Below, piece by piece: positions 50,717 through 64,000 of a stretch of DNA of 64,000 bases. Each line of letters opens with the position of its first letter. The first letter of the stretch is position 1. The notes under the pieces are model-generated. The model saw only the letters and a program-made list of their open reading frames with translations, did not search any database and was not told where the DNA came from. A program made the translations under genes and the position numbers. The DNA lies in the NCBI RefSeq assembly GCF_006345805.1, contig NC_043010.1:7688001-7752000 (forward strand). The letters are read 5' to 3'. This DNA comes from Octopus sinensis (lineage: Eukaryota).

Positions 50717-50803
50717 CTAAAGTGTGATGAAATTAAAAACATCATGCCGTAAGTTAAGCTCCAAAAATGCATTAAATATTGTCATTAGGGTCGATTGATT
50801 TTT
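50446..50803. repeat. Fold-back: imperfect ~90-bp inverted arms around a microsatellite spacer
   Basis: 50446-50532 versus the reverse complement of 50713-50803. Confidence 0.75.
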
Positions 50804-51011
50804 GTGTTTGGTTCAGTGTAATTTGCAAAGTGAACCGTGCATACACGTGTCACCGACCAGGCCTCGCATAATTGAACGAATTTTCAAAGACGTTTTATAG
50901 CAGGCCAGCATATGAAATAATAAAATCAAATACACATACGTACACAAACAATACACACACACACAAACGCACACACACACGCTTATATTGTATATGAGTA
51001 TGTGTATACAG

Positions 51012-51447
51012 ACTCTTTTACTCTTTTACTCTTTTACTTGTTTCAGTCATTTGACTGCGGCCATGCTGGAGCACCGCCTTTAGTCGAGCAAATCGACCCC
51101 GGGACTTATTCTTTTTGTAAGCCCAGTACTTATTCTATCAGTCTGTTTTGCCGAACCACTAAGTGACGGGGACGTAAACACACCAACATCGGTTGTCAAG
51201 CAATGCTAGAGAGACAAGCACAGACACACAAACACAGACACACAAACACAGACACACACATACATATATATATATACATATATACGACAGGCTTCTTTCA
51301 GTTTCCGTCTACCAAATCCACTCATAAGGTATTGGTCGGCCCGGGGCTATAGCAGAAGACACTTGCCCAAGATGCCACGCAGTGGGACTGAACTCGGAAC
51401 CATGTGGTTGGTTAGCAAGCTACTTACCATATAGCTACTCCTGCGTC
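51012..51447 (-). mobile_element. SINE family A, full length
   Basis: Family A head, body and tail. Confidence 0.92.
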
Positions 51448-51645
51448 TTATACATGTGTATATATATATATGTGTGTGTGTGTGTCCCCATACAGTTGCT
51501 TAAAAAATACAAATGTGCATTTGTCATGCTGTGTATATTATAGTATATATGTTTGTCTATATACACAACTAGTGACAACACATTCAGTCTATTCTTATAC
51601 AGACTGATGAATATATAAACACACATACACACATATATATATATT

Positions 51646-51677
<32 letters not shown>

Positions 51678-51736
51678 CACATACATACATGCATACATAC
51701 ATACATACATACATATATATATATAAAATCAAAAAT

Positions 51737-51775
<39 letters not shown>

Positions 51776-52659
51776 CACACATATATATACATACACACAT
51801 ATATATACATATATTTATCGCTCTATCTATCTATTTCTCTTAGATGGTAAATGTTTTTGTTTTTCATTCCCTTCGAAATTTTATCCCTAATAGTGGTTTG
51901 AAATTTGACTGTCCTCTCTAGCATGCAGGTAGTCCTATGATGGATACCTCTTGTGTGTTTAAACGTACACTGTATTTATATCTATCTCTATCTATCTATA
52001 TATATATAATACGTATGTATATATACACATGTATATGCATGTGTATGTTTGTGTCTATGTGTGTGTGTGTTTGTGAGTGTGTGAGTGTATGTGTGTTAGT
52101 ATTTGTGTGTGTGTGCATGCATGTGTGTCTTCGTTAATGTGTGTATATATCTATGTCAAAATGGTGATCGTTTTTAGTCGATAAATGATGAAGGAATGAC
52201 CATGCCAACAACTTTGTCTTCTTTCTTGCTTTCTGTATGATTTGCTGTCCTTTTGTGCCAGATTTCATTACACCAACACACACACACACACACACACCAC
52301 ACACACAACAACACACACACATACTTATGCATAGAATATGCATTTGTAAGTAATTACTTTTTTGTTGTCAGAATGTCTTTATACGGTGTCTTGTGGTGTT
52401 AAAGCATTTTATGTTGTTGGCAGCCTTCCCTATTGATACCTGCTGCCTGCTATTTCTGTTCGTTCATGGCACACATGCTGTCCAGAGTGTAGTTAGTGCG
52501 ATACTGTTTAGAATGCATTGCTTATTATGTCACGAACATGTGTATTATATATATATATGTGTGTGTATACATATATATACATATAAACATATGTATATAT
52601 ATGTGTGTGTAATATATATATTATGTATATATATACACATATATATATAAATAGGTAGG

Positions 52660-52756
52660 TATATAGATTGATTGATAGACAGATAGATAGATAGATAGAT
52701 AGGTAGGTAGATAGATAGACCGACAGACAGACAGATAGATAGACAGACAGACAAAC

Positions 52757-52839
<83 letters not shown>

Positions 52840-52862
52840 CAGGCAGGTAGATAGATAGATAT
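52660..52862. repeat. (TAGA)n microsatellite
   Basis: Direct reading. Confidence 0.95.
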
Positions 52863-52963
52863 AGACACGTGCACATATGCCATCATTATCATCATTATCA
52901 ATATCAACACTTAAAGTCTGTTTTCCATGCTGGTATGGGTAGGATGATTTGACAGGAACTGGC

Positions 52964-53014
<51 letters not shown>

Positions 53015-53039
53015 ATATATATTATATATATATATATAT

Positions 53040-53118
53040 GTCCTGCAGCATTATACTAATACATCTGTTTGTTTTCTACCCACCTGTCTTCGTCTTTTGT
53101 TTTTTTTCGTAAATTCTC

Positions 53119-53125
<7 letters not shown>
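53040..53125 (+). mobile_element. Fragment of the 37-kb hammerhead-unit family (no ribozyme part)
   Basis: ATACTAATACATCTGTTTGT...CCACCTGTCTTCGTCTTTTG matches the reverse complement of 37180-37260. Confidence 0.7.
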
Positions 53126-53171
<46 letters not shown>

Positions 53172-53182
53172 TCATTAATTTA

Positions 53183-53564
53183 TTCTTTTATTCATTCATT
53201 TGTTTCAGTCATTTAACTGTAGCCATGCTGGAGCACCACTTTTGATTGAACAAATCAACCTCGAGACTTATTCTTTGTAGGCCTAGTACTTATCATATTG
53301 GTTTCTTTTGCTGAACCGCTAAGTTATGGGGATCTAAATACGCCAACATCGGTTGTCAAGTGATTGTGGGGGACAAACACAGATACACACACACACACAT
53401 AAACGACAGGCTTCTTTCAGTTTCCATCTACTAAATCCACTCACAAGGCTTTGGTTGGCCTGAGGCTGTAGCAGAAGATACTTGCCCAAGATGCCATGCA
53501 GTGAGATTGAACTCAGAACCATGTGGTTGGTAACCAAGTTACTTACCACACAACCACTCGTGCG
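53183..53564 (-). mobile_element. SINE family A, diverged
   Basis: Family A head, body and tail. Confidence 0.85.
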
Positions 53565-54572
53565 ATTTCTGATATATTTCTTGCATTCACTAAATACTGT
53601 TCTAGAGAGGATGACTTTGTACGCATTGTTCTTGTTTAACCCCAGGTCTGTATCAATTCAATAGACCTATGATCAGAGTGGTGCCAGTAGTGACCAACCC
53701 TCTATTTGTACGTATAAAAAATCTTCATTGTCCTATGCATGTTTTTTCTTCTTGTTTTGTCATTTTCTTCCCAAAACCTAAGTGTGAGAAAATGCAGCAG
53801 CTATTTCTAGCATCCTAAATGTCCACATATAGTCTGCCTTATAATTTATATTTCTCGCACTAAAAGACAATATTTATTATAATAAGATTCTAGTAATGTT
53901 GAATTCAAGTTGCACAGCTGACATGGAAGAATCTTTGTAGATGTCTCATAAGCTATAAGTGGCATTTTTGCGGATGATATTTCTGTTATTATTCTAATTC
54001 TTATCAAAATAATTGGTTCATGGAACCACTGTGTAATTGAACCAATATTGTAGCTAGCTACGTGCACGAGTTATGGTTTAAAACGACAGCATGAAGCTAT
54101 GGAATGTGTATAAGAAAGGAAGGCAAGATCAATAATTTACTGCTTGCACTGTAACAGTCAGAAAAATGTGCCAGAACTGGTCAGTGAGAATATCTGAATA
54201 AATATGTGGAGATTTTATTGTAAAAAGTCTTCGTGTGCCTTGAATTTGTTCGAAACAGAGTAAAGTGTTGAAGAAGATCTCTTAAAACTAAACCATCTGT
54301 AACAGCAGAAACATTTTAAGATACCATAGAAAAGACCATGTTGGATAAAATGATCATGTAGACTGTGTTATAGTAGAATAGATATAGATTTATCTAATAC
54401 GGTGATATATCTACTAGGTGTTATTAGATACTAAAGGTTCGTTATCAAAAATGAAAATGCCAGAAAATTATTGAATATCTAGAAACAAATGCTATAATAA
54501 TAATAAAAAGGAACAGAAAAGCAACTAAATATGGTTACAGGTAGATGGAATTGATTTGTTATATACACACAT

Positions 54573-54730
54573 CATCATCATCATTATCATTTAACGTCTA
54601 CTTTTCTATGCTTGCATGGGTCAGAGGAGTTTCGCTTAGGCAGGTTTTCTGCAGCTGGGTCCTCTTCCTATCGCTACCCCTCACCTGTTTTCAAGCATGG
54701 TAATATTTCCCCATGGCTAGACATGTTTTT
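54573..54730 (-). mobile_element. Element with an RTE-type 3' tail
   Basis: (CAT)n followed by TTTAACGTCTACTTTTCTATGCTTGCATGGG. Confidence 0.6.
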
Positions 54731-55344
54731 CACATCAGTGATGTATCACAGTCTGTGCAGAATGTTATTTCCAGTGATGAGAAGGGCATGCAATCCTTCA
54801 CTGCACAACTTATGTGCAACTGGTCCAATGGCAAGGAGGAGATCCAGGATGACAGGGGTCAGGGACAAGCTGCTACACCCACAGTATGTAGTGGGGTGCT
54901 TTCAATAGCCAGCCTACTTGGCTTTGTCCTGTGGTTGCTAATAGTTGCACAAAACACTCAAATTGTTGCCAAATGTCAAACAGACGCAGAGGAAGTATGA
55001 CCAGGGCTGCTGCTAGATGCTGGAATGGACGCTGTTCTGGATTTGATGAAGGAAGAAAGTAAGGCAGGACTTAGTTGACATGCTAGCTAGCCCAAAGCTA
55101 CCACTCCTGGTCCAAGTAGACCATGGAACAATAACGGCTAAGAGGTGGTTCCACATTCCTTAAAATCGTGGAACTCCCATACCAGCATACTACAACCAGG
55201 ATACCATGACCAGGATACTAAAGACCAAACACTAATACTTGTATAAGACGGTGACACTCATTTACAACTATCACATAATACGAAGACAAGGGCACACATA
55301 TGCACACGCATACACATACATACACACACACACACATACACACA

Positions 55345-55388
<44 letters not shown>

Positions 55389-55774
55389 GCTAAACATATA
55401 TGATGGGCTTCTTTCAATTTCCATTTCCAAAATTCACTCAAAAGGCTATGGTTGACCCAGAAGATAGATGCCCCACTTGCCCTGTAGTGGGACTGAACCT
55501 AAAATCATAATTTGGGAAGCAAGCTTCATAACAATGCATCCACATCTATGTCTATCCATGCCTGCATCTGCTTATGCAACAGTTGAGTGTGCATGTATAT
55601 GTGTGTGTGTATGTGTGTGTATGCATGTATGTATACATATATAGATATTCATACATATATATATACATACATATATACATGTATGTGTATAAATATCAAA
55701 ATGTGACCTCGTGTGTACCGTTGGCGATTTTTTTTCCTCTGTCTTCCCTTCTCTGGATCTTTCCATTCTCCTAT

Positions 55775-55808
55775 GTTTCGACGAAGAGCTCCGCTCGAAA
55801 CGTTAAAC
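55775..55808 (+). ncRNA. Degenerate minimal hammerhead motif
   Basis: GUUU-C[-]GACGA-A-GAGC(UCC)GCUC-GAAA-CG-UU-AAAC; U4 of CUGANGA is missing. Confidence 0.5.
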
Positions 55809-55964
55809 CCTCCTTCTTCCCTTCTTCCTGAGCGTCAATAATACTATATTTGTTCCACGTCCTCACGTTGTTGTGTTTTTTTGTGCTTTCTTGTTTGGAT
55901 TAACTGTATAAATATATATGTATGTATAGACACACACACACACACACACACATTTATATATATA

Positions 55965-56778
55965 CAGAGTATGGTGAATAAACTGCCACCTAAACTACGC
56001 AAAAATGAAAATAATACTGACATCTCATTTTAACAGATATATTCACCAAAATTACATAAAATATCTTGAAATACTAAGGAGTAAATCAATCCAATAAAAT
56101 TGCCTTTGGCTTCAACCACGGCCTCCAGATGATTTTGGAATTTCCCACAACTCTTCTGGATGGACGGTCTCCTTGTTTAAGTTGGTGAATGCTGTCATAA
56201 TCCTTGCCTTCAGTTCAACTTTGGTGTTACAAGGAGTTTTGTTGGTCTCTCTGTGCTCCACATATAATAATAAAGAGCTGTTGCAGTCTGTAAAGTTAGA
56301 TTGGCCATATGTTAGGGGCGGTGTGGTTGCAGAAATTGTCTGACAGCCATGGCTGGGTTCTCCTGCTTGCCCCAGGGCACCACTACCTCCTCCAGGGACT
56401 TGATGTAGGTCTCTGTATTGAGTCTAAGGCCATGTGGGAAGAGGAATGGAGGCATAACGTCACCATCACTCAAAACACCATGATGTTGATTGGATGTATG
56501 ATTTTTATCACTCTTGGTACATGTCTTCCCATTGCACTGTCCTCAGATTGACACCCAAACATTCTGAAATATTCCTATTGAAGGTTCTGGTGTGAATGCC
56601 AAGCAGTACAGCATGCCGTTTCTAAATTTCCAACTGAGTGAATTGCATCATGGCGCTGTTTTTCTTACAGATGGTGTCCAAATGACCCTACTATACTGTG
56701 TTATTGACAAAATGAAAAACAATGTGCATGAGTGAAATTAAAACTACAAAATAGCAACAATTTACCCATCACACCCTG
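55965..56778 (-). mobile_element. Internally deleted mariner-superfamily element, maT/DD37D-like
   Basis: Imperfect TIRs CAGAGTATGGTGAATAAACTG / CAATTTACCCATCACACCCTG; TA at left; minus-strand SDGDVMPPFLFPHGLRLNTETYIKSLEEVV..WLSDNF..ETNKTPCNTK.ELKARI. Confidence 0.85.
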
Positions 56779-56802
56779 TGTGTGTGTATATATATATACA
56801 TA

Positions 56803-57196
56803 GGCGCAGGAGTGGCTGTGTGGTAAGTAGCTTGCTAACCAACCACATGGTTACAGGTTCAGTCCCACTGCATGGCACCTTGGGCAAGTGTCTGCTACTA
56901 TAGCCTCGGGCCGACCAAAGCCTTGTAAGTGGATTTGGTAGATGGAAACTGAAAGAAGCTCGTCGTATATATGTATATATATATATGTGTGTGTGTGTTT
57001 ATCTCCCGCAACATCGCTTGACAACCGATGCTGGTGTGTTTACGTCCCCGTCACTTAGCAGTTCGGCAAAAGAGACTGCTAGAATAAGTACTAGGCTTAC
57101 AAAGAATAAGTCCTGGGGTCAATTTACTTGACTAAAAGGCAGTGCTCCAGCATGGCCATAGTCAAATGACTGAAACAAGTAAAAGAGTAAAAAGAG
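56803..57196 (+). mobile_element. SINE family A, full length
   Basis: Family A head, body and tail between TA repeats. Confidence 0.9.
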
Positions 57197-57368
57197 TATA
57201 TACATATGTATGTATGTATATACATATATGTATATATATATATATGTATGTATATAACTATATATACATACACACACATATATATACATATATACACACA
57301 CATACATACATACATGCATACATACATACATACATACATACATACATACATACATACATACATACGTA

Positions 57369-57587
57369 TGAAGAGGAGCTGAAAAGTTCCTGGCTTTAAG
57401 GGTATCACAAAAGACCTGGATGGGGGCCCAACCTTTCAAGTTCTTTTACAGGTTTACAAGGCTTAGAAAACTGAAGGACCGCTGCAATAACAAGTGTATG
57501 AATCTGAGAGGGGAATATGTTGAATAAAATTATAATAAACTAATCCTCCTGTATTTTCTTTTACCCAAAACCAGGAACTTTCCAGCT
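57369..57587 (+). mobile_element. mariner-derived MITE
   Basis: GCTGAAAAGTTCCTGG ... CCAGGAACTTTCCAGC inverted repeats; residual KCMNLRGEYVE* transposase end. Confidence 0.8.
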
Positions 57588-57591
57588 GTGT

Positions 57592-57643
<52 letters not shown>

Positions 57644-58440
57644 GTATTGATTTCGAAGTTTGCATTCTTAAAGATGAAGTTAAAAACTACTGTCAAACAC
57701 TGACTGTGTAAAAGAGACTCAATACGAAGCTGGGTCTAAATATAGTATTTAACAGAAATATTAGCTCACTGTGACTTCAAAGTTTCACTGATAATGGCTT
57801 GGCAGACAGTAAAATGTAATGGTTGGATGAAGATATATATTAGAGAAGTCTGAAGGTGGATGGACTGTTAAATCTAGCACAGAATCTATAAATTTAATAT
57901 GTTTAAGTGGAACAGTCGAAATATGTAACCCTTTACTGAAGTGGTGACATTAGCTGCCGACATCTAAAAGTAATACAGTTATTCAAGCTTGGCATTCGAA
58001 TTCAGGCATGATTAGAATCAGTTTATGGCTTTAGGGGTAACTGTCCATGAAGACTGTACAATTTCCTGTAAGTCAGACAGCTTTATGATCCCAGTAGACA
58101 CAATGGAAAAGGCGTTGTCCCAGAGGATGGCAAGGGTGAGACTTATGTTGCTTGTGTATCTGTATAGAGTTGGTGCTGTTTAAACCTCCAGCAGCCGTTT
58201 CCAACCCAAAAATTCTACCTGTTTTATATATAAATGGATCAGATCCAGACTCCCACACCTATTCCACAATGTTATTCTCAAAGTAAACAATCAAATCCTT
58301 AAAATCTCAAAGGTACGAGAGAATTTTTGATTGATTGACTCTCATACACACACACACACACAAACTATACTCCTTTATTGGTAATCAGCTGTTTCTTAAT
58401 TAGATATTTTCAGCGTATTTTAAAAAGTTGCATAGTCATA

Positions 58441-58672
58441 GAGAAATGGCTGTGTGGTAAATAGCTTGCTTATTAACGGCATGGTTCTGGGTTCAGGCGT
58501 TCAGTCTCACAGCATGGCACCTTAGGCAAGTGTCTTCTACTATAGCCTCAAGCCAACCAAAACCTTGTGAGTGGATTTGGTAGACAGAAACTGAAAGAAG
58601 CCCATATAATATATCTATATATATATATATAATCTATCTATCTATCTATCTATCTATTATATATATATTATA

Positions 58673-58732
<60 letters not shown>

Positions 58733-58832
58733 TATATATATATATATGATAGATTAGATTTATATATATATATGAGGGCTCTTCTATATATATATAGATA
58801 GATAGATAGATAGATAGATATATAGATAGGTC

Positions 58833-58873
<41 letters not shown>

Positions 58874-59150
58874 TATCTATCTATCTATCTATCATCTATC
58901 TGTCGTGTCTGTCTGTCTATCAATCAATCTGTTTGTATATATTCTTTTATTCATTTATTTGTTTCAGTCATTTAACTGTAACCATACTGAAGCACAGCCT
59001 CTAGTGGGGTAAATCGACCACAGGACTTATTCTTTGTAAGCCTAGTTCTTAATCTATCAATATCTTTAGCCGATCTGCTTAGTTACAGTGATGTAAACAC
59101 ACCAGCATCAGTTGTTAAGCGATGTTGAAGAGAGACACACAAACGTATAC
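58441..59150. mobile_element. SINE A 5' half (+, 58441-58605) and SINE A 3' half (-, 58945-59150) around a TA/TAGA microsatellite
   Basis: Similarity to family A. Confidence 0.75.
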
Positions 59151-59463
59151 ACACACATGCATGTATATATATTATATATATATATATATATAAGTAACTC
59201 ATTTTTAACTGCATATTACCTCAATACATCTGACTAATATAGGCACAATGAGATACCTTTATCTACAGGCTGAAACAGCTGTAAGATCCATTTTATATGT
59301 ATTATTTTTATGGTATTATCTTACTTATTGATATATATTGTTTTATTCTGTTTTATTCTGTTGGATTTGGATGTTCATATTTATGTAGTTAATAAATAAT
59401 ATGAATTGGTAATATCTGTAAGTCTATGATTGAAAGGAATCTGTTCCTCCATTTTCTCATTTG

Positions 59464-59502
<39 letters not shown>

Positions 59503-59646
59503 ACAGGTTTCTTTCAATTTCCATCTACCAAATCCACTCACAAGGCTTTAGTAGAGGACACTTGCCCAAGGCGTCACGCAGTGAGCCTGAACCCAGAACA
59601 ATGTGGTTGGTAAGCAAGCTACTTACCACACAGCCACACCTGCGCC
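59503..59646 (-). mobile_element. SINE family A, 5' part
   Basis: Head and proximal body. Confidence 0.8.
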
Positions 59647-59779
59647 TACAAATGTATATTTATACATACATATGTGCATGTGTGTGAGTGTATTTGTGTG
59701 TGTATTTTATATATATATATATATTTTTTTCTAGTTTCAACTCAGAGCTGCTGGCCATGCTGATGCATCCGTATATATA

Positions 59780-59825
<46 letters not shown>

Positions 59826-60581
59826 TTGAGCTGACTTTCTAGTGAGTCGGATGTCCTATTATGGCCATCCCTTATATGTTTGAATATATATATATATATA
59901 TACAAGATAAGAAAATGGAGGTGGTAAATCATTTTACCTTTGCCCATATAATACAGTAAATGAATTGATTGCATCGCAATCCTTAACATTTATGTATTAA
60001 CTTTGTTGGGTACTTCACTAGCAGTATATTGGATATATGTTATCCCATGGAGGGTTGCATTTACAACCCCTATCTCAATTTGTATATATCATCATCATCA
60101 TCATTTAACGTCCGCTTTCCATGCTAGCATGGGTTGATATATATATATATATATATTTATATGCATACAGATACATATACATATACACATTCATTATTAG
60201 ATGACTGAAGAGTCAAAGTCTAAATTCCAGCGAAGGAGCGAATGTTCCAGGCTTAGAGATCTGTCTCTTTCTCTGTGAGAAAGATATTTCAAAACTAAAG
60301 CCAGAGGAAAATGCAAACATATATTCACACATCTTTGAAAACATACATATGGACGTACCAATAGAACTAGAATGATGGATGGATGGATGATTTCGTAAAC
60401 TGATAGACTCACATGTCCCTTGTTAGAGAAGCAGGCACGGATAAATAAAGTGCCATATAATTGAATAAAGAAACTGACAAAATATATTTATTATCAAAAC
60501 CATAAAATAGCCTGTAGGCACGTGAGTGTATGCATGTAGGTACATACAGGGCCAAAATGTACTGTACACACATATGTTGTA

Positions 60582-60615
<34 letters not shown>

Positions 60616-60629
60616 GTGCGTGTGTGTTC

Positions 60630-60654
<25 letters not shown>

Positions 60655-60660
<6 letters not shown>

Positions 60661-61720
60661 ATGGATTCTCTTGTTATGAATATACATGTGTGTGCGTATG
60701 TGTGTGTGTGTGTATGTGTGTGTGTTCGTGTGTGTACATATGATGGATTCTCTTGTTATGAATATATATGTGTGTGTGGGTATGTGTGTGTGTGTGTGTA
60801 TATATATGATGGATTCTCTTGTTATGCATATATATATGTGTGCATATGTGTGTGTAGGTATGTGTGTGTGTGTGTATATATATGATGGATTCTCTTGTTA
60901 TGAATATCTATATGTGTGTGTAGGTATGTGTGTGTGTGTGTTTGTATATATATGATGGATTCTCTTGTTATGAATATCTATATGTGTGCGTATGTGTGTG
61001 TGGGTATGTGTGTGTGTATATATATGATGGATTCTCTAGTTATGAATATATATGTGTGTGTATAGATATGTGTGTATTTATTTCTATATATATATAGATG
61101 TGTGTGTGTGTATACATATATGTGCGTATGTACAGGCTTGTGTAAATGTGCATATATTTGAATGTATGTATATGTATGAGAGCATGTCTGTGTGTATTTT
61201 TGTGTGTGTGTGTGATGGATTCTCTTGTGATGAATATATATGTGTGTGTGTATGTGTGTGTGGTTATGTGTTTGTGTGTGTGTATGATGGCTTCTTTTGT
61301 GATGAATATATATGTGTGTGCGTATGTGTGTGTGTGTACGTGTGTGTATAGATATGTGTGTATTTATTTCTGTGTGTATATAGATGTGGTGTGTGTGTGT
61401 GTATAAATATATGTGCATATTTACAGGCTTCTGTAAATGTGCATATATTTGAATGTATGCATGTGTATAAGTGCATGTCTATGTGTGCATGCATATGTGT
61501 GTATGTGTGTGTGTGTGTGTATGATGGTTCTCTTGTGATGAATATATATGTGTGTGCGTATGTGTGTGTGGGTATGTGTTTGTGTCTAAGTGTCTGTGTG
61601 TGTGTGTGTGTGTGTATTTATTTCTATGTGTATATTGATCTGTGTGTATTTATGGGCTTGTGTAAATGTGCATATATTTGAATATATGCATGTGTATGAA
61701 TGCATGTCTGTGTGTGTGCA
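60655..61720. repeat. Compound minisatellite: GATGGATTCTCTTGTTATGAAT core alternating with (TG)n/(TA)n
   Basis: About 9 core copies at 60655-61545, plus a ~140-bp higher-order block present about three times. Confidence 0.9.
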
Positions 61721-62099
61721 AATACATGTAGATATATTTCATATGTCTTAGTCGGAAGACATTTACTTATTCAGTCAGTTCCTTTAATTTAAAGATATGA
61801 TATTAAATCATGCAAAACATTCCAGAGTGTCAACACACTAAAAATCCCATTTTATCAACGAAATTCATCAGGAATTGGTTTTGAAGGGATGCTATGTATC
61901 ATGCCACAGAACCCCCACATTGGCACATGGACAGCCTTGTTAATATTTACATGAAATCGACATTTCTCTGCTGAATTGTTCATCGCAACCCATACACCAT
62001 CATTCTTGATAACATCTCAGACACATGCCCGAACAATATCTGTTAGAGGTAGTAATATATATACAAAATACTATATATATACATACATATATATATAGA

Positions 62100-62145
<46 letters not shown>

Positions 62146-62173
62146 ATATATAATATTATATATATATATATTA

Positions 62174-62205
<32 letters not shown>

Positions 62206-62431
62206 GTATATATGTATATATGTATATATATAATGTATATAGTATATACATATTATGTATATCTAGATAGATAGATAGATAATGTATGTTTATTTGTAAG
62301 AGTTCTAATGCCTGGCTCCTCAATGTATGGAATAATTAGGGTGTGGATATGACTATATAAGTTATTGCAGTTGTCTAAAATGACAATGAAGAACAGATTT
62401 TCGGGGAGAGAATAAATCTAAGGAAAAAGTT

Positions 62432-62463
<32 letters not shown>

Positions 62464-62656
62464 AAGTTGGGTAGTAGAAATGAGAGATACAAACTCAGTA
62501 TGTAAAGCAGAGGATACAAATTTATATTAGCTTTATAGGTAATAAATTCAGAAATATATGCATGTATGTTGCGTTTATATATATATAATATATAATATAA
62601 TATATATATATATATTATATATATATACATTATATATATATGAATATATATATATG

Positions 62657-62717
<61 letters not shown>

Positions 62718-63081
62718 TATATACATGCACACACAAACATATGTATAGATAATTACATACATATACACACTCGTACACACACCCACATGTATATTTATAT
62801 ATGTATAAATATATATGTACAGATTGTTCCAGGAAAAAAAAATCCCTGCAACATTTTAACAGCTAATAACTTATTTAATTCTGATTTCTGCTTGGATTTA
62901 ACCCATAAGAAATACAAAAGATAGACAGACTTGAATAAAGAAAATTTATCCTAAAATACTTCTGGAAATTTGAAAATGCAGTCTAAGTTCAAATACAGTT
63001 TAAGAAAGAGCTTCAATGAGTTCTACCAATGCAATAAACATACATTACACACACACACACGTGTATTATATATATATATAT

Positions 63082-63481
63082 ACTCTTTTACTCTTTTACT
63101 TGTTTCAGTCATTTGACTGCGCCATGCTGGAGCACCGCCTTTAGTCGAGCAAATCGACCTCCCGGGACTTATTCTTTGTAAGCCCAGTACTTATTCTATC
63201 GGTTCTCTTTTGCCGAACTGCTAAGTGACGGGGACGTAAACACACAGCCATCGGTTGTCAAGCGATGCTAGGGGACAAACACAGACACACAAACATATAC
63301 ACACACACTTATATATATATATACAAATACGACAGTTTCCGTCTACCAAATCCACTCACAAGGCATTGGTCGGCCTGGGGCTATAGCAGAAGACACTTGC
63401 CCAAGATGTCACACAGTGGAACTGAACCCGGAACCATGTGGTTGGTTAGCAAGCTACTTACCACACAGCCACTCCTGCGCC
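63082..63481 (-). mobile_element. SINE family A, full length
   Basis: Flanked by (TA)n on both sides. Confidence 0.92.
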
Positions 63482-63540
63482 TATATATATATATATATAT
63501 ACATATATACATGTATGTGTGTGTGTGTGTGTGTGCAAGA

Positions 63541-64000
63541 GAGATGAGTGTGCTGGTATGGCCATGTGATGTGTATGGATGAGGACAGCTGTATAAAGTG
63601 CCAATCTCTAACTGTGGAAGGAATCTGTGGAAGATATAGGACGAGGTAGTGAAGCATGATCTTTGAGTGCTGGGCCTCATGGAGGTGATGCGAAGTGACT
63701 GAGACCTTTGGTGATATGTTATGCATGAGAAAACTCGTCAAGCCAAGTGAAATCATAATCATGACCGATACCAATATCAAGTAACTGGCACTCATGCCGG
63801 TGGCACATAAAAGCACTCAAGCAAATGACATATAAAAAGCACCCATTACGCTCTCGGAGTGGTTGGCATTAGGAAGGGCATCCAGCTGTAGAAACACATG
63901 CCAAATCAGATTGGAACCTGGTGCAACTCTCTGGCTTACCAGGTCCCATTCAAACCATCTAATCCATGCCAGCATGGAAAGAAGAATATTAAATGATGAT
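63541..64000 (+). mobile_element. 5'-truncated RTE-clade LINE (degenerate ORF2 C-terminus and 3' UTR)
   Basis: W.GHV..MDEDSC..C.SLTVEG.CGR remnant ending EKTRQAK*, followed by the same 3' UTR and GAT tail as the other copies. Confidence 0.85.

Noticed and set aside
53960-54050. IFADDIS RT-like motif
   Set aside because: Isolated five-residue match; flanks too degenerate to assign
54713-55000. 95-aa ORF with a hydrophobic stretch
   Set aside because: Starts inside a repeat; no recognisable domain or clear splice sites
57960-58190. Minus-strand TAPTLYRYTSNISLTLA...SD, possible LINE endonuclease remnant
   Set aside because: Similarity too weak to call without a profile search
60655-61545. CRISPR-like repeat-spacer pattern
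   Set aside because: Spacers are dinucleotide repeats of variable length, no cas genes, eukaryotic context

Overview
AT-rich, repeat-dominated eukaryotic DNA. The SINE families and microsatellite load suggest an octopus (coleoid cephalopod) genome; this is an inference, not a database match. No intact host gene is recognisable, and most ORFs in the supplied track are microsatellite artefacts. The window holds about 24 copies of one tRNA-derived SINE plus other SINE families. It also holds 5'-truncated CR1, RTE and R4/Dong non-LTR fragments, a Penelope-type RT remnant, Tc1/maT/mariner/pogo, hAT and piggyBac derivatives with TIRs and target-site duplications, two Helitrons and a probable solo LTR. 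The main result is a set of short non-coding elements in (TA)n tracts that carry type-I hammerhead ribozyme motifs with palindromic, dimer-type stem III. Two copies have intact catalytic cores and a long stem II (8983-9081 and 31157-31254, minus strand). A tandem pair of minimal hammerheads has an unusual CUGUCGA core (37278-37313 and 37578-37613), and a related copy is degenerate (55775-55808). This looks like a Penelope-associated or retrozyme-like self-cleaving RNA system. Other notable items are a near-intact Dong-type endonuclease region beside a non-coding element in the same (TAA)n tract, head-once/body-many SINE arrays with 184-bp units, two perfect hairpins and a few weak exon candidates. 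Coordinates were counted by hand; boundaries of degenerate elements are approximate.
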